The notes beneath the pieces are model-generated. The model saw nothing but the letters and a program-made list of their open reading frames with translations, was not told the origin of the DNA and did not search any database. A stretch of 64,000 nt of DNA from Monocercomonoides exilis PA203 (Eukaryota > Protista > Preaxostyla): contig LSRY02000028.1 in NCBI GenBank assembly GCA_001643675.2, forward strand, positions 992,001-1,056,000. The letters run 5' to 3'. The translations under genes and the position numbers were made by a program. The number at the start of each line of letters is the position of its first letter. Position 1 is the stretch's first letter. Below, piece by piece: positions 37,147 to 49,800 of this stretch.

Positions 37147-40100
37147 ATGAGCAAATTGATTGTTTTTCATCAACGTTCTCGTCCATCGACTTCAAATGGA
37201 AAGGAGCGTATATTTAGAAAAGTTCGCATTATCATTCGTGGTGACGATGGAGAGGAAATGACGGCAGATGAATGGAGACGCAATTTTCTGAAGACTCAAG
37301 ATTTTGACGATTTCACGTTTTCAACATTGAAAAATCGTTTCGATCAACTGGATAGAGCTCAATCGATGATGAATGATCATACCATTAAATCTCTTGAAAA
37401 GCGTCCAACAGGTATAAGTGCATCGTTGAGAGATAGAATTGAAAGATTTGGAGGATCTTCAATGCAATTCCGAGGAAATCCAGATTCGGAATCATTAGAT
37501 GATGCTTCGAACCAACTTTATGCTATAAGTAGTCTCAATACAGATAGAAAAAGAAAGAAAATTAAAAAACATTTCAGAATATCTCGAATTTTATTCGATG
37601 GTAATGATTTTAACGAATCAGAAGAAGATGACGACGATGTATTGCAAATGATTGGGAAGAGGGTGAAACGAGGGCTGTTAGTTCGCCCCCAAACAGCAGA
37701 CGATGAAGACGAAGACACTGAAGAAGAAGATGATGAAGCAGAAAGTGCTGCTGACAAAGAAGATGAACGAGGATATGATTATGGTGTTGTTCAAACGATA
37801 GTAATGAACACAGCAGGGAAAGTGGTTGGAGTTGAAGAGCGGTTGGCACAAGAAGGCGAAGCAATCGATGTCAGCCAGGGAGATTATGACGGGCGAGACG
37901 AATGCTTCATCGGAGGAGCAGAAGAAGATAAAGCAAGAGAGAAAAGTGGAGGAGCGCCAGCAGCATTGAAAGATGATGTGAAATACGTGGATGTCGAGAA
38001 AGAAGAGTGGGTGGACTGCAACAAAGACGATGAAGGGGCAGAAAAATATGAAGTCGAAGAGGACGGGGAGCGTGTTGAGAAGTGGCACAGGAGGCAGAAA
38101 GTGATGAGGAGAGTGCGGATGAGAAGGAAGAAGGATCTGCTGTCGAAGCTGAATGTGGGTGCGATTGATGCAGCAGCAAGCGAATCGTTGATCCACGCCA
38201 TGCTTATTGACTCGTTCCAGAAGAAGCTGATGAGAGTGGAAGGGAAAGACGGGAAGGAGAGCGTGGTGGATGATGATGAGTGGATTGCAGATGGAGAAGA
38301 AGACGAAGAAGACGCGGAGGCGAGAAGAAAAGAAGAGGAAGAGAAGAAGAAGAAAGAAGAAGAGCGCAGAAAGCGAAGGGAAGAGCGCGAGAGGAAGAAG
38401 AAAGAGGAAGAAGAAAGGAAAAGGAAGCTGGCAGAGGAAAGAGAAGCCAGACGCATTGCAGAGGAGAAGAGAAGAGAAGAAGAGATGGAGCGGAAGAGGA
38501 TTGCAGACGAAGAAAAGAGACGGAAAGAAGAGGAAGAGCGAAGAAGGCGCGAGGAGGAAGACAACCGACGCAGAATTGAAGAAGAAAAGAAGAAGAGGCA
38601 AGAAGAAGAAGAGAGGCAAAGGAAAGCAGTGGAAGAAGAGCGAAAGAGGCTTATTGCAGAAGAAGAAGAGAGAAAGAAGCGCGGAGTGAATGAAGACGAA
38701 TGGTACGATCTTGTTTCTGACCCCATCACAACAAAGGAGATTCCGATATCCTTCAGCGATCCAAATACACCACAACTTTTTGGGCCGACCGGAGAAAAGC
38801 AGCTTCGGCGCTCAATTATCGAGGCAGACACACAAATTTCTGCTTCTTCGTCATCAGTTCCTTCATCAAGCACTGCTGCTTCTGACACTGCTTCTGCTTC
38901 TGCTTCATCTTCTTCCTCTGCGCAGCAAGCTCTTTTAGCAGCTGCCGCAGCGTGGAAACTTCCGCCTATTTTGCTTAAGAAATCGACGTCTGGAATTGAC
39001 AAGGACGGAACATTCGGAATGTGGACGTTGGCTGAAGAGGAGAAAATTCTGGATGTGATTGATAGAAGTCCCGAAGAGGAGGAAAAGGAAAAAGAGAAGG
39101 AAAAAGCACACAACGACATTATATTAGACGACGACGGGGCAGAAGTTGTGGAGCTTGAATTGGACTTGGACGAGTTGGAAGACGAGCTGGAAGAGGATGC
39201 TACTTCACTGTCATTTGGAGGCAGAGCAGGAGAGACGCTGATGGACCCTGCACTCGAATTTGTAGAAGAAGGAGTTGAGGAAGACTCTGACACAGACGAC
39301 GATGACGGCCTTGACGAGTCAGAGAAAGAAGATCCAAGCAAGAAGCGCAAGCTGCCTCCACTGATGACCCAGCCAGCCGACGCGCAGGATCCGCTCAGCC
39401 TTCTCCTGCCGATGCTGCAGCCGTACTACAAAGCAGCCACCGAAGGAATGAAGCGCCTGTGGAAGCGGAAGCCGACGGAGGCTGGGCTGAACCGGGCAGC
39501 GTGCGAGGGCGTGGCGTCAGTGGACGAAGGGATGGCAGACCTGGGAGAGGTCGAAGCTGACAAGCTGATTGACTCGAGATGGCTGGTGACGACGCTGCTG
39601 GTCGAGGCAGAGATCGAGCAGGAAGACTCTCGCTATTACAGAAAGTCCAAAAGAGAGAAAGAGAAAGAGAAGTCGAAGCACTCGAGGACGATAACAGCGA
39701 TGGGAGACCAGTTTATGAATGAGATTACTGAGCGAATGAGGGAGAAAGGCAAGGCAGGAGCGGACTATCTGATCAGGCGGAGCATCAGACACTACAAGCG
39801 GGCTCTGCGATTCAACGATGCGTATGGATTGGCACAGAGCAACGCAGAAGTGCTTGTGCTGTTCAAAAGCCGGGCGCTTGTTCCGAAGTTCGACATTCTG
39901 GCTGACGAAGAGCTGATTTCGGGGATTGCAAAGAGGGTCGAGGGCGATCCGCGCGGGAAGAATTTGGACTTGACAAAGACGCTTGCCGTTTTGTCGTACC
40001 ACCCTTTGTGTCCACCACTCTTTCTGAAGTACAATGTGATTCCGCTGCTGGCGGGGCTGTTTATGGACACCAATGTTGGGAAGGATGTTGTTCAGCCATT

Positions 40101-41496
40101 TGCAGAGGTGTGCTGTGCGCTGATGCCGAATTCTGAGTGCAGAACAGTCATTTTGCAGCAGAATGCGCTGAAGAAGACGCTGATTGTGACATACTCTGCG
40201 AAGGACATGTATGACCTGACGATGCTTTTGCGGCTGATATTCATCGTCTCCCAGTCGCAGTCTGACATGGTGCTGTTGATACGCGCAGAGGGCGTGCGCT
40301 GCATGGTGGATCTTGCCAGGCGGCACGCTGCTCTGACTCCGATGATTGCCTGTCTGACGATGGGCATTCTGAAGAACTTCCTGAGAGACAGGACCCTCAT
40401 GGGCGAGATGATCGAGAAGGATGTGGTGAGTGTGTGCTTCCGCATTTTGGAGGAGAACACGGGGGCTCAGGCTGACACAGCGTACAACTGCCTTGCAATC
40501 ATTTCCACTTTGAGCGAACTGCAGGAAGGGAGGAAGGCGATTGCTGCGGAGGCGGAAAATGGGATGAAAACAATTGTTTCTGTTCTCAACATGTATTCAG
40601 GCTCTGATTTGAGAATAGTTCTGTGTGCATGCTTGGTTCTGAATCTGATGGTTCTCCAGCGCCGAGAAAACGTGAACATTCTGACTGGATGTGGCGGAGG
40701 GGCAGCGATGGCAGCTATCATCCACAAGCACGCAGAACTGCCGCCAGAGACATTGACAAGCGCTTGCGGTGTTTTGAGTGCGCTTGTTCTGAACAACAAA
40801 GACGCCCGAACCGATCCTGCTGTCAGCGGAGTTGTACCTGTTGTTGGGCTGCTGCTGAATACGCACCACATGACACACATGAAGATGACAGAGAACCTGT
40901 GTGGCATTATGTATGGCCTGGGCTTTGTGCAGAAGAGCCTGATGATGCTGGGGAATCTGATGTCAGTGCAAACGCTTCTGGAGACTCTTCGGATGAGATA
41001 TCGCGACTGCCCTGTGTTGACAATGTATGCACTCGGATCGTGTGCCCAGCTTGTGACAGTGAATTCATTTGCCTTCAGCTTCATCAGCGCAAACGGAGTG
41101 AGTGTCATTGACGATATCCTCACTCTGTACGGGCTCAATGTTGACTTCAATTGGGATGACCGGGCTGCACACCCCGACACCGACCCGCGCAGCACAATAT
41201 TCAAGGGCGTTCAGGATGTGGTGCAGATCATAGAACATGCAACATTGTGCCTGATGATCACACTCCCGCTTTTGTCAGACGAGCAGCGGAAACAGACTCA
41301 GAAAACGCCATTGACTGCAACAGTGATGTCGGTTATGAAGAGATTCATTGGGTCGAATCAGGCAATCACAGAGAATTCTGCTTCTATTCTTTTTTCACTG
41401 AAAGTTTCAACAGGGCCATTTTCTGAGTTTAAGTCTCTTTTGAAGAAAGCTAAAAAGGAGTATCCGTCGAGTATCAGATTGGATGATTCTTCATAA
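37147..41496 (+). CDS. Protein with an acidic N-terminus, an E/R/K charged single-alpha-helix region and a C-terminal armadillo-repeat-like domain
   Basis: ~1,450-aa ORF. EEERKRR-type repeats at 38320-38680. Repeated hydrophobic helical units (GVRCMVDLARRH, GMKTIVSVLNMY, GGAAMAAIIHKH, GVSVIDDILTLY). Confidence 0.75.
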   Translation: MSKLIVFHQRSRPSTSNGKERIFRKVRIIIRGDDGEEMTADEWRRNFLKTQDFDDFTFSTLKNRFDQLDRAQSMMNDHTIKSLEKRPTGISASLRDRIERFGGSSMQFRGNPDSESLDDASNQLYAISSLNTDRKRKKIKKHFRISRILFDGNDFNESEEDDDDVLQMIGKRVKRGLLVRPQTADDEDEDTEEEDDEAESAADKEDERGYDYGVVQTIVMNTAGKVVGVEERLAQEGEAIDVSQGDYDGRDECFIGGAEEDKAREKSGGAPAALKDDVKYVDVEKEEWVDCNKDDEGAEKYEVEEDGERVEKWHRRQKVMRRVRMRRKKDLLSKLNVGAIDAAASESLIHAMLIDSFQKKLMRVEGKDGKESVVDDDEWIADGEEDEEDAEARRKEEEEKKKKEEERRKRREERERKKKEEEERKRKLAEEREARRIAEEKRREEEMERKRIADEEKRRKEEEERRRREEEDNRRRIEEEKKKRQEEEERQRKAVEEERKRLIAEEEERKKRGVNEDEWYDLVSDPITTKEIPISFSDPNTPQLFGPTGEKQLRRSIIEADTQISASSSSVPSSSTAASDTASASASSSSSAQQALLAAAAAWKLPPILLKKSTSGIDKDGTFGMWTLAEEEKILDVIDRSPEEEEKEKEKEKAHNDIILDDDGAEVVELELDLDELEDELEEDATSLSFGGRAGETLMDPALEFVEEGVEEDSDTDDDDGLDESEKEDPSKKRKLPPLMTQPADAQDPLSLLLPMLQPYYKAATEGMKRLWKRKPTEAGLNRAACEGVASVDEGMADLGEVEADKLIDSRWLVTTLLVEAEIEQEDSRYYRKSKREKEKEKSKHSRTITAMGDQFMNEITERMREKGKAGADYLIRRSIRHYKRALRFNDAYGLAQSNAEVLVLFKSRALVPKFDILADEELISGIAKRVEGDPRGKNLDLTKTLAVLSYHPLCPPLFLKYNVIPLLAGLFMDTNVGKDVVQPFAEVCCALMPNSECRTVILQQNALKKTLIVTYSAKDMYDLTMLLRLIFIVSQSQSDMVLLIRAEGVRCMVDLARRHAALTPMIACLTMGILKNFLRDRTLMGEMIEKDVVSVCFRILEENTGAQADTAYNCLAIISTLSELQEGRKAIAAEAENGMKTIVSVLNMYSGSDLRIVLCACLVLNLMVLQRRENVNILTGCGGGAAMAAIIHKHAELPPETLTSACGVLSALVLNNKDARTDPAVSGVVPVVGLLLNTHHMTHMKMTENLCGIMYGLGFVQKSLMMLGNLMSVQTLLETLRMRYRDCPVLTMYALGSCAQLVTVNSFAFSFISANGVSVIDDILTLYGLNVDFNWDDRAAHPDTDPRSTIFKGVQDVVQIIEHATLCLMITLPLLSDEQRKQTQKTPLTATVMSVMKRFIGSNQAITENSASILFSLKVSTGPFSEFKSLLKKAKKEYPSSIRLDDSS

Positions 41497-41829
41497 AGGT
41501 GTTTATGTTGTTGCATTTTGTTTCATTTGAATTTTTTCACAAAAAATTTAATTGATTTTTTAAAAGATATCTTTTCTGTTTATAATTCATTTCTGTGGGA
41601 AAATCACTATATCAACGATTAAGAATTATTTTTTTTTTTAACAAATCGGCAATTTATGAAATCTTAATTGTTGATTTGAAAAAAGAAAAAATACGTTTTT
41701 AAAAAATGAAATGAAACAATTTGAAGTGAAATGAAATGAATAGATAGCAAATGTCAATGGTCAGAAAACAACTGAATTGAGATTGTCTAAAAATTTAATA
41801 ATTCATATCTCAGTAAAGTAAGAACCAGT

Positions 41830-43116
41830 CTATTTGCCATTTTTCTTCTTTTTGAACAGTGATGAAATGGATGTTTGAGATGGTTTAGAAGAAGATGAGA
41901 AAGATAATCGAAATGTCGAAGAGGGTAATTCTTTTGTTTTGTGTTTCTGAGTTTTACTCTGCTGTTCCAAAGACGAAGATGAAGATGGTAAGAATCCCTG
42001 TTTTGGTGAGCTCTTTTTATCATGCTCATCGGACGTTGATGGTGATGGCCTATCTGTTCCACCAATTTGATGTTCACCCGAAGAACGTGCCTTTGTAGGT
42101 TTTATCGAAAATAAAGATAGCGTTGCAACATCTGCATCTGACTGCTTCGAAATTTTATTTGGTTCATTATTTTCATTTAAGACTATCTTTTTTTCATCTT
42201 CTTCAAAGAGAGGTTCTCGCTGTTTAAATTCTTCTTCCTCTTTAATTCGATCCCTTGCATCACTTATGTCCACATTCTCCTCATCGCTTTCATCACTATC
42301 ATCATCAATTACATGTGCCTCTTGAATAAGCAATCTCTTTTTTTCTTTTTCCTTTACAATAGGCTCTTTCTTACTTGGTTCATTCAATTTGTCTTGTTCA
42401 GGTAAGTCTGATTCTTCTTCTTTCACTTCACCTACGTTGTGGATTTTTTTCGCTCCTTGAATTAGCCTGTCAATTTCTTTTCTTTCTTCTTCTTCCTCTT
42501 TTTTTGTTCGTTCTTCATCTAACTTTTTTAGATATGAAAGAACATCATCAATTTTCATTTTGCTCCGATGTGCGTTGAGCTCCATTGTTTCCCTTAAAAC
42601 ATCATCCATTTCCATTTCCAATGCATTATCTTTTGCTCTATTTTCCAATGCTTTGATGGCATCTTCGTCTTGAAGAGTTCTTTCTTGTTTTGCCTTTTGT
42701 TCTTCTTCTGCCTGGTATTGCCAATGAGGAGTGTAGTGCGGAACACAATTCAGCTCGCAAACATAATTATCCTTTTCCATATCTTAAAAAAAATAAAAAG
42801 ACTCTTAAATGCAAAAATATGGAAATAAAAATAAAAAAATACTCGTTTTAATTGTAAACTCAGCAGCGCATCGAGGACATCTCATATAAAATCTGTAGTG
42901 CCTTAGACCCATCCAAGTGTCACCTTTAACAATTTCTTGCTTTGAGTTTATTTTTAATCCTGCAGGCATAAATTCCCCGCATGTTTTACATCTAATACTC
43001 ATAGGAAGCATCATCCGAATGGCAAATTGCATATTTTTTGGCATTTTTGATTTTGGAATAACATCTGGATCGAAGTCTGCAGGGATGTATTTGTTAAGGA
43101 CTTTTCTTTCAGCCAT
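41830..43116 (-). CDS. YJU2: Splicing factor YJU2/CCDC94 (Cwc16), 2 exons
   Basis: MAERKVLNKYIPADFDP..IRMMLPMSIRCKTCGEF..YRFYMRCPRCAAEFTIKT|DMEKDNY, with four Zn-binding Cys. Intron at about 42843-42784. Confidence 0.93.
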
Positions 43117-43828
43117 TTCGAAGAATTAGTCAATGAATATTTATTATAATGGTACAAAAATATTTATCCATTTGAATTATTCTTTTCAATGAAAAAAACT
43201 GATGTGGTTGTTCGAAATAAATAACATCATAATGAAATTAATTAATTCCATCCATTTTAAAAACAGAAATATGTAAATAAAACAAAACACCATCTTTCAT
43301 TTCAAAAAAATAACCTTTTGAATAAAAAAATGATCTCTAAACATAAAAACTACAAATAAAGACAAACAAAGGATTTTGTGAACGAAATAAATGTGTTGAT
43401 ACCTACTATTTTCAAAAACGCTATTCTAAAGTCAAATCGAGATATTTTAGAAAGTTGAGAAAATATGAAAAAAGCTAACGAAAAAAATTTTTATCAAATA
43501 CCAATAATAACAAAAAACTATTAATAACTATATTGAAATTGTGTTAACTCAAATTTAACAAACGGCAAATAGTCATCATAATGATGATTTTCCAAATATT
43601 TAACCATATAAAAATTTCACGTTTCATTTTTGATTTATCGAATGATAAGCAGCATGATAAATCAAATTCATTAATATTCAATATTTGCACCGTTTTCTTT
43701 TTTTATCTCTTCGTTGAATGGATTGCCTATGCAATCTCTTTTCATAACATCGCTTCCATAAATTGAATGTTTCTTTATGAAACTACCATTCACAGAAATT
43801 TTACAATCTTTCTTTTCCTTTAAAGGTT

Positions 43829-46800
43829 TCAATCAACACTAATATTTATGATATCCGCCAATTCGCTAGATTTCGCTTCACCACTTTTATCGCTTGCAAT
43901 TGTATAATCAACTGCATCAGAAACAGTGAACATTGTGGCACCAGCAGGAAAATGTTTGAAAAACTCTTTTTTCAAGTCCATAAGAGATGGCCTATCTTTT
44001 TTATTCGCAGCAATGCAATTTCCAATCATTTCAAAATATTTGCTTCCTCTTAACTTTTTCACATCAGGCCTTTCGCCATCTGCTATCTTTTGTCCTGCTA
44101 CTTCTGCTTCGTACTCCCCAAATGGAATCTGAAGAGTTAAGCATTCCCACAGCATCATCCCAATCGAAAATACAACAGATTTCTTTGTTGCTCCCATCTT
44201 GTTGATCAATAACTCTGGTGCCTTCCATCTCATGCTCTCCTTTTTATATTCATCATCCTCCTCAAAAGCAGATGAAGGAGGAGGTGAACACTTTCTGCCA
44301 TTCTTGTTGATAGCTGAATAATCTGACGAGGAAGTGATGATGGTGGATGAAGAAGAAATGGATGATGAATCAGAATCAGAAGAGCAGTCTGAGTGCATTG
44401 CTATGCAGATCACCATGTGTTCAGAGAACAATACAATGTGAGGACTCAGACCATCCAGTGATTGAAGCGGTATTTCCATTTCATCAAACGAGTGGAGTGC
44501 TCCATTCGCCACCCAAAACAGGATCTGAGCAGCTGTCATCTCTCTCTCTTCCAACGTTCCAATCGCCATCTCTTTCTTCTCGTTTCTTCCATGAAAAAGC
44601 ATGAACAGAGAATCCCTCAAATCAACTATCAGTTTTTCATGTGGCGAGGAGCAAGCCATTGCATCCACCAGATTCGACATTGACGAAGTTGTAGGGCACA
44701 GATCCTCCCTACGAACAAAGGTGGATTCTGTGTCTGAAGTGTCTGTTGTCGAAGTGGATGAAATGGAAGGAGATGGAGTTCGTTTTCTTTTATCTTCCTC
44801 ATCTTCATTTTCATCAACCTTTTCCAGCATCCATTGAGGAATCTTGTCTGAATCTCTGCCCAAGATGTATTCAGTGGAGCCACTTTCAGAGAGAAGGTGC
44901 TCTGATGACTCTGAATGTTCCATATTCGTATCATATATTCTCTTCTTGATCCTTTCCTCGTTCTTCTTCTCTGCCTCCCTCTCAGCTCTTCTCCACCTGT
45001 CCTCGGGAGACATCTCCATCGTCACCATCTCAAACGCCTTCGGATCTTTTCTTATGTTATCATTCACTATCTCTCTCAAATCTTCTGCTTCATTCTTAAC
45101 TTTTCTCCACCGAACAACAAATATAACAAATCCAACAAGAACAACTAAAAATAGAACAGCCAAAACAATCACTATAGTTACCCATGTTGAACCTATTCTG
45201 CTCCCTCTTTCTGTTTCAACATTTCTATCATCGATGTGTTCTGTTTTGTTTCTTAAAATTGATGGTGATGTGAAAGATGGAGCATCCCGCCTTCCAAACA
45301 ATATCCTCACAAAAACTTCCGCTTCTTCTGGAGCAGAATCAATGGTTTCTGAATCGATTAAAGAGGAGACTCTTGACTCTGAAGCAAAATCTTCGTCTTT
45401 GAAATCGTATGTTGTAATTGACTTTTCTTCATTAATTGATGCCACAAGCTGGAACGAAAGATTGCATGGAAGAAGCAACGAACCCTCAAAAGTAATCTTT
45501 GTTGTATCTTCTTCTTTTTCCATTTTTGCCAAATCCAGAATGGGAATGAAAAACGGAGAAATCCTTTCAGCTGCTATCCCATCCAATTCGCAGCCATCAT
45601 TCAGAATCCAAAGAGATGTATTTGGCAAGATTCCATCTCCTCCTTTCAAGCTGACCACATTCAACATTCCAGAATCCGAACATATGATGTTTCTTCGAGC
45701 TGATCCATATCCCTCAATCTTGGGATTGCTATCCAGAAACTTTCCTGCTTCAATGGAAAGAGATCCATCTGAAACAGATAACCCTCCAGTCGATGAATTC
45801 GATATTGTCGTTTCTTTCATCATTACAGAACTCTTCACCATATCCACAAGAGATCCATTCCATCTGCAAACTTCTGATTTATTCTCAACAGCGTGGTTCT
45901 CTTTTGCATTTTCAGAATCACCATCAAAGATGCACGAATCAACAAGGACATCCACACAAGAAAGAAAGCAAATCATCTTTCCTTTCTCGATTCTTGATGA
46001 AGAGTTGTATATTTCACAATTCGACAAATCCACATTTCTTCTATTGTTGATACAAACAAGAGGATAATCTCCTGCGCATGAAACATTCGAAACAACACAT
46101 TCAGACAACACAGCTTTCATATCAATTTTGTGTGCTTTGTTCTCAGCTCCATCCAAACGGATGATGCTCATCTGACTGGTCGTGTTGCTGATTGTCACTT
46201 CCTTCATTGAGACGTCTTCACACAACACAACAAACAGATCTCGAAGTGAAGTCACATCCTCAATAGAAACTGAACGGAATTGGCATGTTCCTCTTTTGAA
46301 TGTGCATAGAGTCGTTGCATCAATTCTTTCGAGTGAAACTTGGCTGAGCAACAACGTTCCGCCTTCCATCCGGATAAGCTCATTAAAAGCAGCTTTTGAA
46401 CTTCCATTCTCCGACTTGAATGTAACATCGGCAATCAGCATGTTTCCTTCGTCAATTTCCAGAATTGTTTCGTGATTTGATGAAAATGAGTCTGCAAACA
46501 GGAAGTCGACTGATTCAAGGCGATTTCTTCCTTTTGCTTTGATCAATGTTAAATCAGCTGCAGTAATTGCAGATAAAACAATTAGCTTAACTTTTATGAA
46601 ACTCTTCGATTGGATAGTAATATCATTTAGCTCAACCTCCTTCTCAATTTCACTTTGCTCGTCAATGGCCACAATCCTCAGGAAGTCACCAACAAGATGG
46701 TTAATCCCATATCCAAGAGAAAGGCAAGGATGGGAGTTAGTTCCACATTGCCTGTCATTTGCTCCACCATTTTCGAATATGTTCGAAACCACAATCGAAG

Positions 46801-49800
46801 CTGACTGATATATTGTAACCAGGTCGATCAGATCAGTCGGCTCGGAGAGCGTCGGGTCAATCCCATAAATTGCATTCAGACGAATGTAAAAGTCTGTCCT
46901 CATGTCCATTGCAAACTGCGTTTCGTTGATTTGGTTTGAGATGTTTGTGCATTCTATGAAAATGTCTCGGCCAACAAATGCCTCGTTTCCAGAAAACGTT
47001 ACATTTTTAAAAAGAAACAGCAATTCTTCTCTTTGCAAAAACTCCAAATATGCTCCGCCTCCTCTTCCACTCGCAATAGAGCAAGAGCATTGTGCTATTC
47101 GTGTCTCTTCCACTTTCAGTGAGCCACCCGAACTCTGCAAAAAGAAAAGAGAACCACCTTTCTCAGATGAAAGTGCTTTGCACGAATCGATCGAGGAATT
47201 CCTCACAATTATTTCAGTATCGCTGCTGATGTAATCGCTGTTGCAAACGCACGATCCATCATCCTTCCTCGAAACAGAAAAGAATGTCGATTCATTTATA
47301 TTTATCATTGTTTTCATATTGCGTTTTGTTGCCTTCACTGCATCCTTTACGTTAATTATGCTTCCGCTCTCAATTGTAGATGAAAGAACGCTCAGTTTGT
47401 TCATGCTGCACTCGCATCCATCACACACATCGAAAATGCCTCGTTTTGTGTGGACTCTCTCCACCTTCAGATCATCAATATTCAGCTTTCCTTTTTCCAT
47501 CTCCACAAACAAATAGTTTTGCACCGTACTGCCCGTGTTAATTGAAGAAAACCAGCATTCTTCAAAAGACAAAGCACCGTCTTCGTTTTTCACAATGATT
47601 TCTTCTCCATTTTCACAAATAAACTCCACTGAAAGAATTATCCACGAAAATGTCAGAGCCTTATTGTTTCTAATCAATCCTTTTCCTTCTGCTGGCTCCT
47701 CTTGGTTCACAGCCAACGTCGAATGGCTGGCTTCCACTTCAGATGTTGTTGCAGAGCATATCTTGAAGTTAGAAAGAATAAAGCTGTCCTTCAAAGCTGC
47801 CTTTCTGTGAATAATCATCTCTTTTTCTTCTCCTCCTTCAATTTGTTGCATTCCCTTCCAAAAAGAAAAGCATGGATCATCTTCACTTCCACATCTCTTC
47901 ACATCAAATCCAAGTGAAGAGATGTGTATCCGAGAATTCGAATAACCCTCAAGAAATCTGAAGAGGTTGGCATTGTTGAAGGCATCATCATTCCCCACAA
48001 ACAGATTTGTCGAATTTGCCATTGAAGAATAATCAAACATGAATGAAGATGATTTCACTGTTGCATTCAAATCATTCGACAAAATGTAAATATTCTCCCC
48101 AATTTTCGCCTTGTTGTTTTCCAAAGTGATTGTATCAAAAACAAAAGGAGCGTTGCTTTCTGAATCCGAACAGTTAACATAAAGAAACCCACCTTTTCCA
48201 ATTGTCTGTGAGCATTCACAATTCTTTCCTGCTGTTTTGTTGAGAATTAATTGTTGCTCTGCATTCAGCGTGATTCGAAGCGCTCCACCTTCTATCCCAT
48301 TCTCTGTTTTGGCCCCAGAAATATTGCATGCTTCAATTACAGCCGAAGAGGAGGATGCAGAAATTGGTATGAAATCAAACTTCTCATTTCCGATTGAGCA
48401 ACGAATAAGCGAAAATGCTCCTCCATTCGCAGAAATCAGCGAAAATGAAATTATTCCTTGTTGCCTCGATGAAAATGCACAATCAGTTAAATGCAGATTC
48501 CCATTTTCAGAGGAAGAAGATATCAGAACTTTACGATTGGTGCTGAATCCCAACGGCAATACGAAATCAACAAGGTAAAATTGAAGATTCATCGAATTTG
48601 TGATGATCGCAGAAGATGAGTCAGAACCGATTATTTCAGAAGCAAAATCAAGCTTAGCATGCTCTTCAGGGACAGAGGACTTGACTTCGAAATTGGACAG
48701 ATCATATTCATCTTGGATGACAACGTTTGACCCAATCCACATAATTCTGGATGGAGAACTCAAATCGGCATTTTTCACACCTCTCCAGAAAGATGAGCAG
48801 GGATAGATCAAACTGCCACACCCAATCACATCAAAGCCATTTTGTTCGACAAACACCTCATCCGATTCGTATTTCACAAGAAATAGAAGCAGATCAATTG
48901 CTTCGCCATCAAATCTTTTGTCAATGCCTTTCATATCCACAATAGAAACGCCATTTTCGTCTAATAGGTTAAAAGAGAAGCGATGCCCGCTCACTGTTTG
49001 ATTCAAATCAGAACATCTGACAAACAAATCCCTCCCGCACCAAGCATTATTTTCCATGAACTCCATCTCTCCCAATTTGAAGTTGTTTGTGGAATCGTCA
49101 CTTAAACAAAGAAAAATGCCTCCTCCTCTTCCGCATGTCTCATTGGCTTCACATTCACTTATTTCAACGTTTTCCATATCGAATCTATTCTCGAAGGCAA
49201 GCTCACATTTGGCAACACCTCCATCGCTGTTGCTCGATTTGCATCTCAAAAATTCGCATCCTCCAGAAATTGATGCCTGCTCCACATTCTTAAGAATAAA
49301 TATCCCTCCATTAGAAGCGGAGCAATCTGTGATATTTGCTGCCTTAGCTTCAAAGCTTTCACCTTCAATTTTCTCAATCAATGCGATTCCTTCAGATGCA
49401 ACATGAGACGCATTCAGATTGTTGATGGACATTTTCCCTCTCTCCAAACGAGAAATTCCGAAGCTCGACAGAAAAGTCAGATAAGAAAATGCTACGCTCT
49501 CAAGATGGATTTCTCCACCTTCTCCAACAACGATCCAAAGCTTTCCAGCTTCTACAGAGCCTTCGCTTCCTCCAAATTCACAATTCAATATTGTCACTCG
49601 TCCGCCATTCATCTGAATAACCCCAGTGTTGCCTTCTACCGGTGAGATTGGTAGTTTGAAAATAAGTCTGTTGAGTAGAAGTACTGTTGGTGAAATATCA
49701 TCAACCACATTGAAGAAACCGTTGCTTTCTATTCTCAGCTCAGATTTGGCTGCAACTCCGCGGATTGTCAGCGATTTCCCATCTCTTCTCATCTCTCCTG

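Noticed and set aside
13684-41496. Non-canonical genetic code (TAA/TAG = Gln) for the host
   Set aside because: The multi-kb ORFs contain no in-frame TAR, and the SLC12, MSH2 and ARM genes end at TAA at plausible C-termini (SLC12 at its conserved terminal motif).
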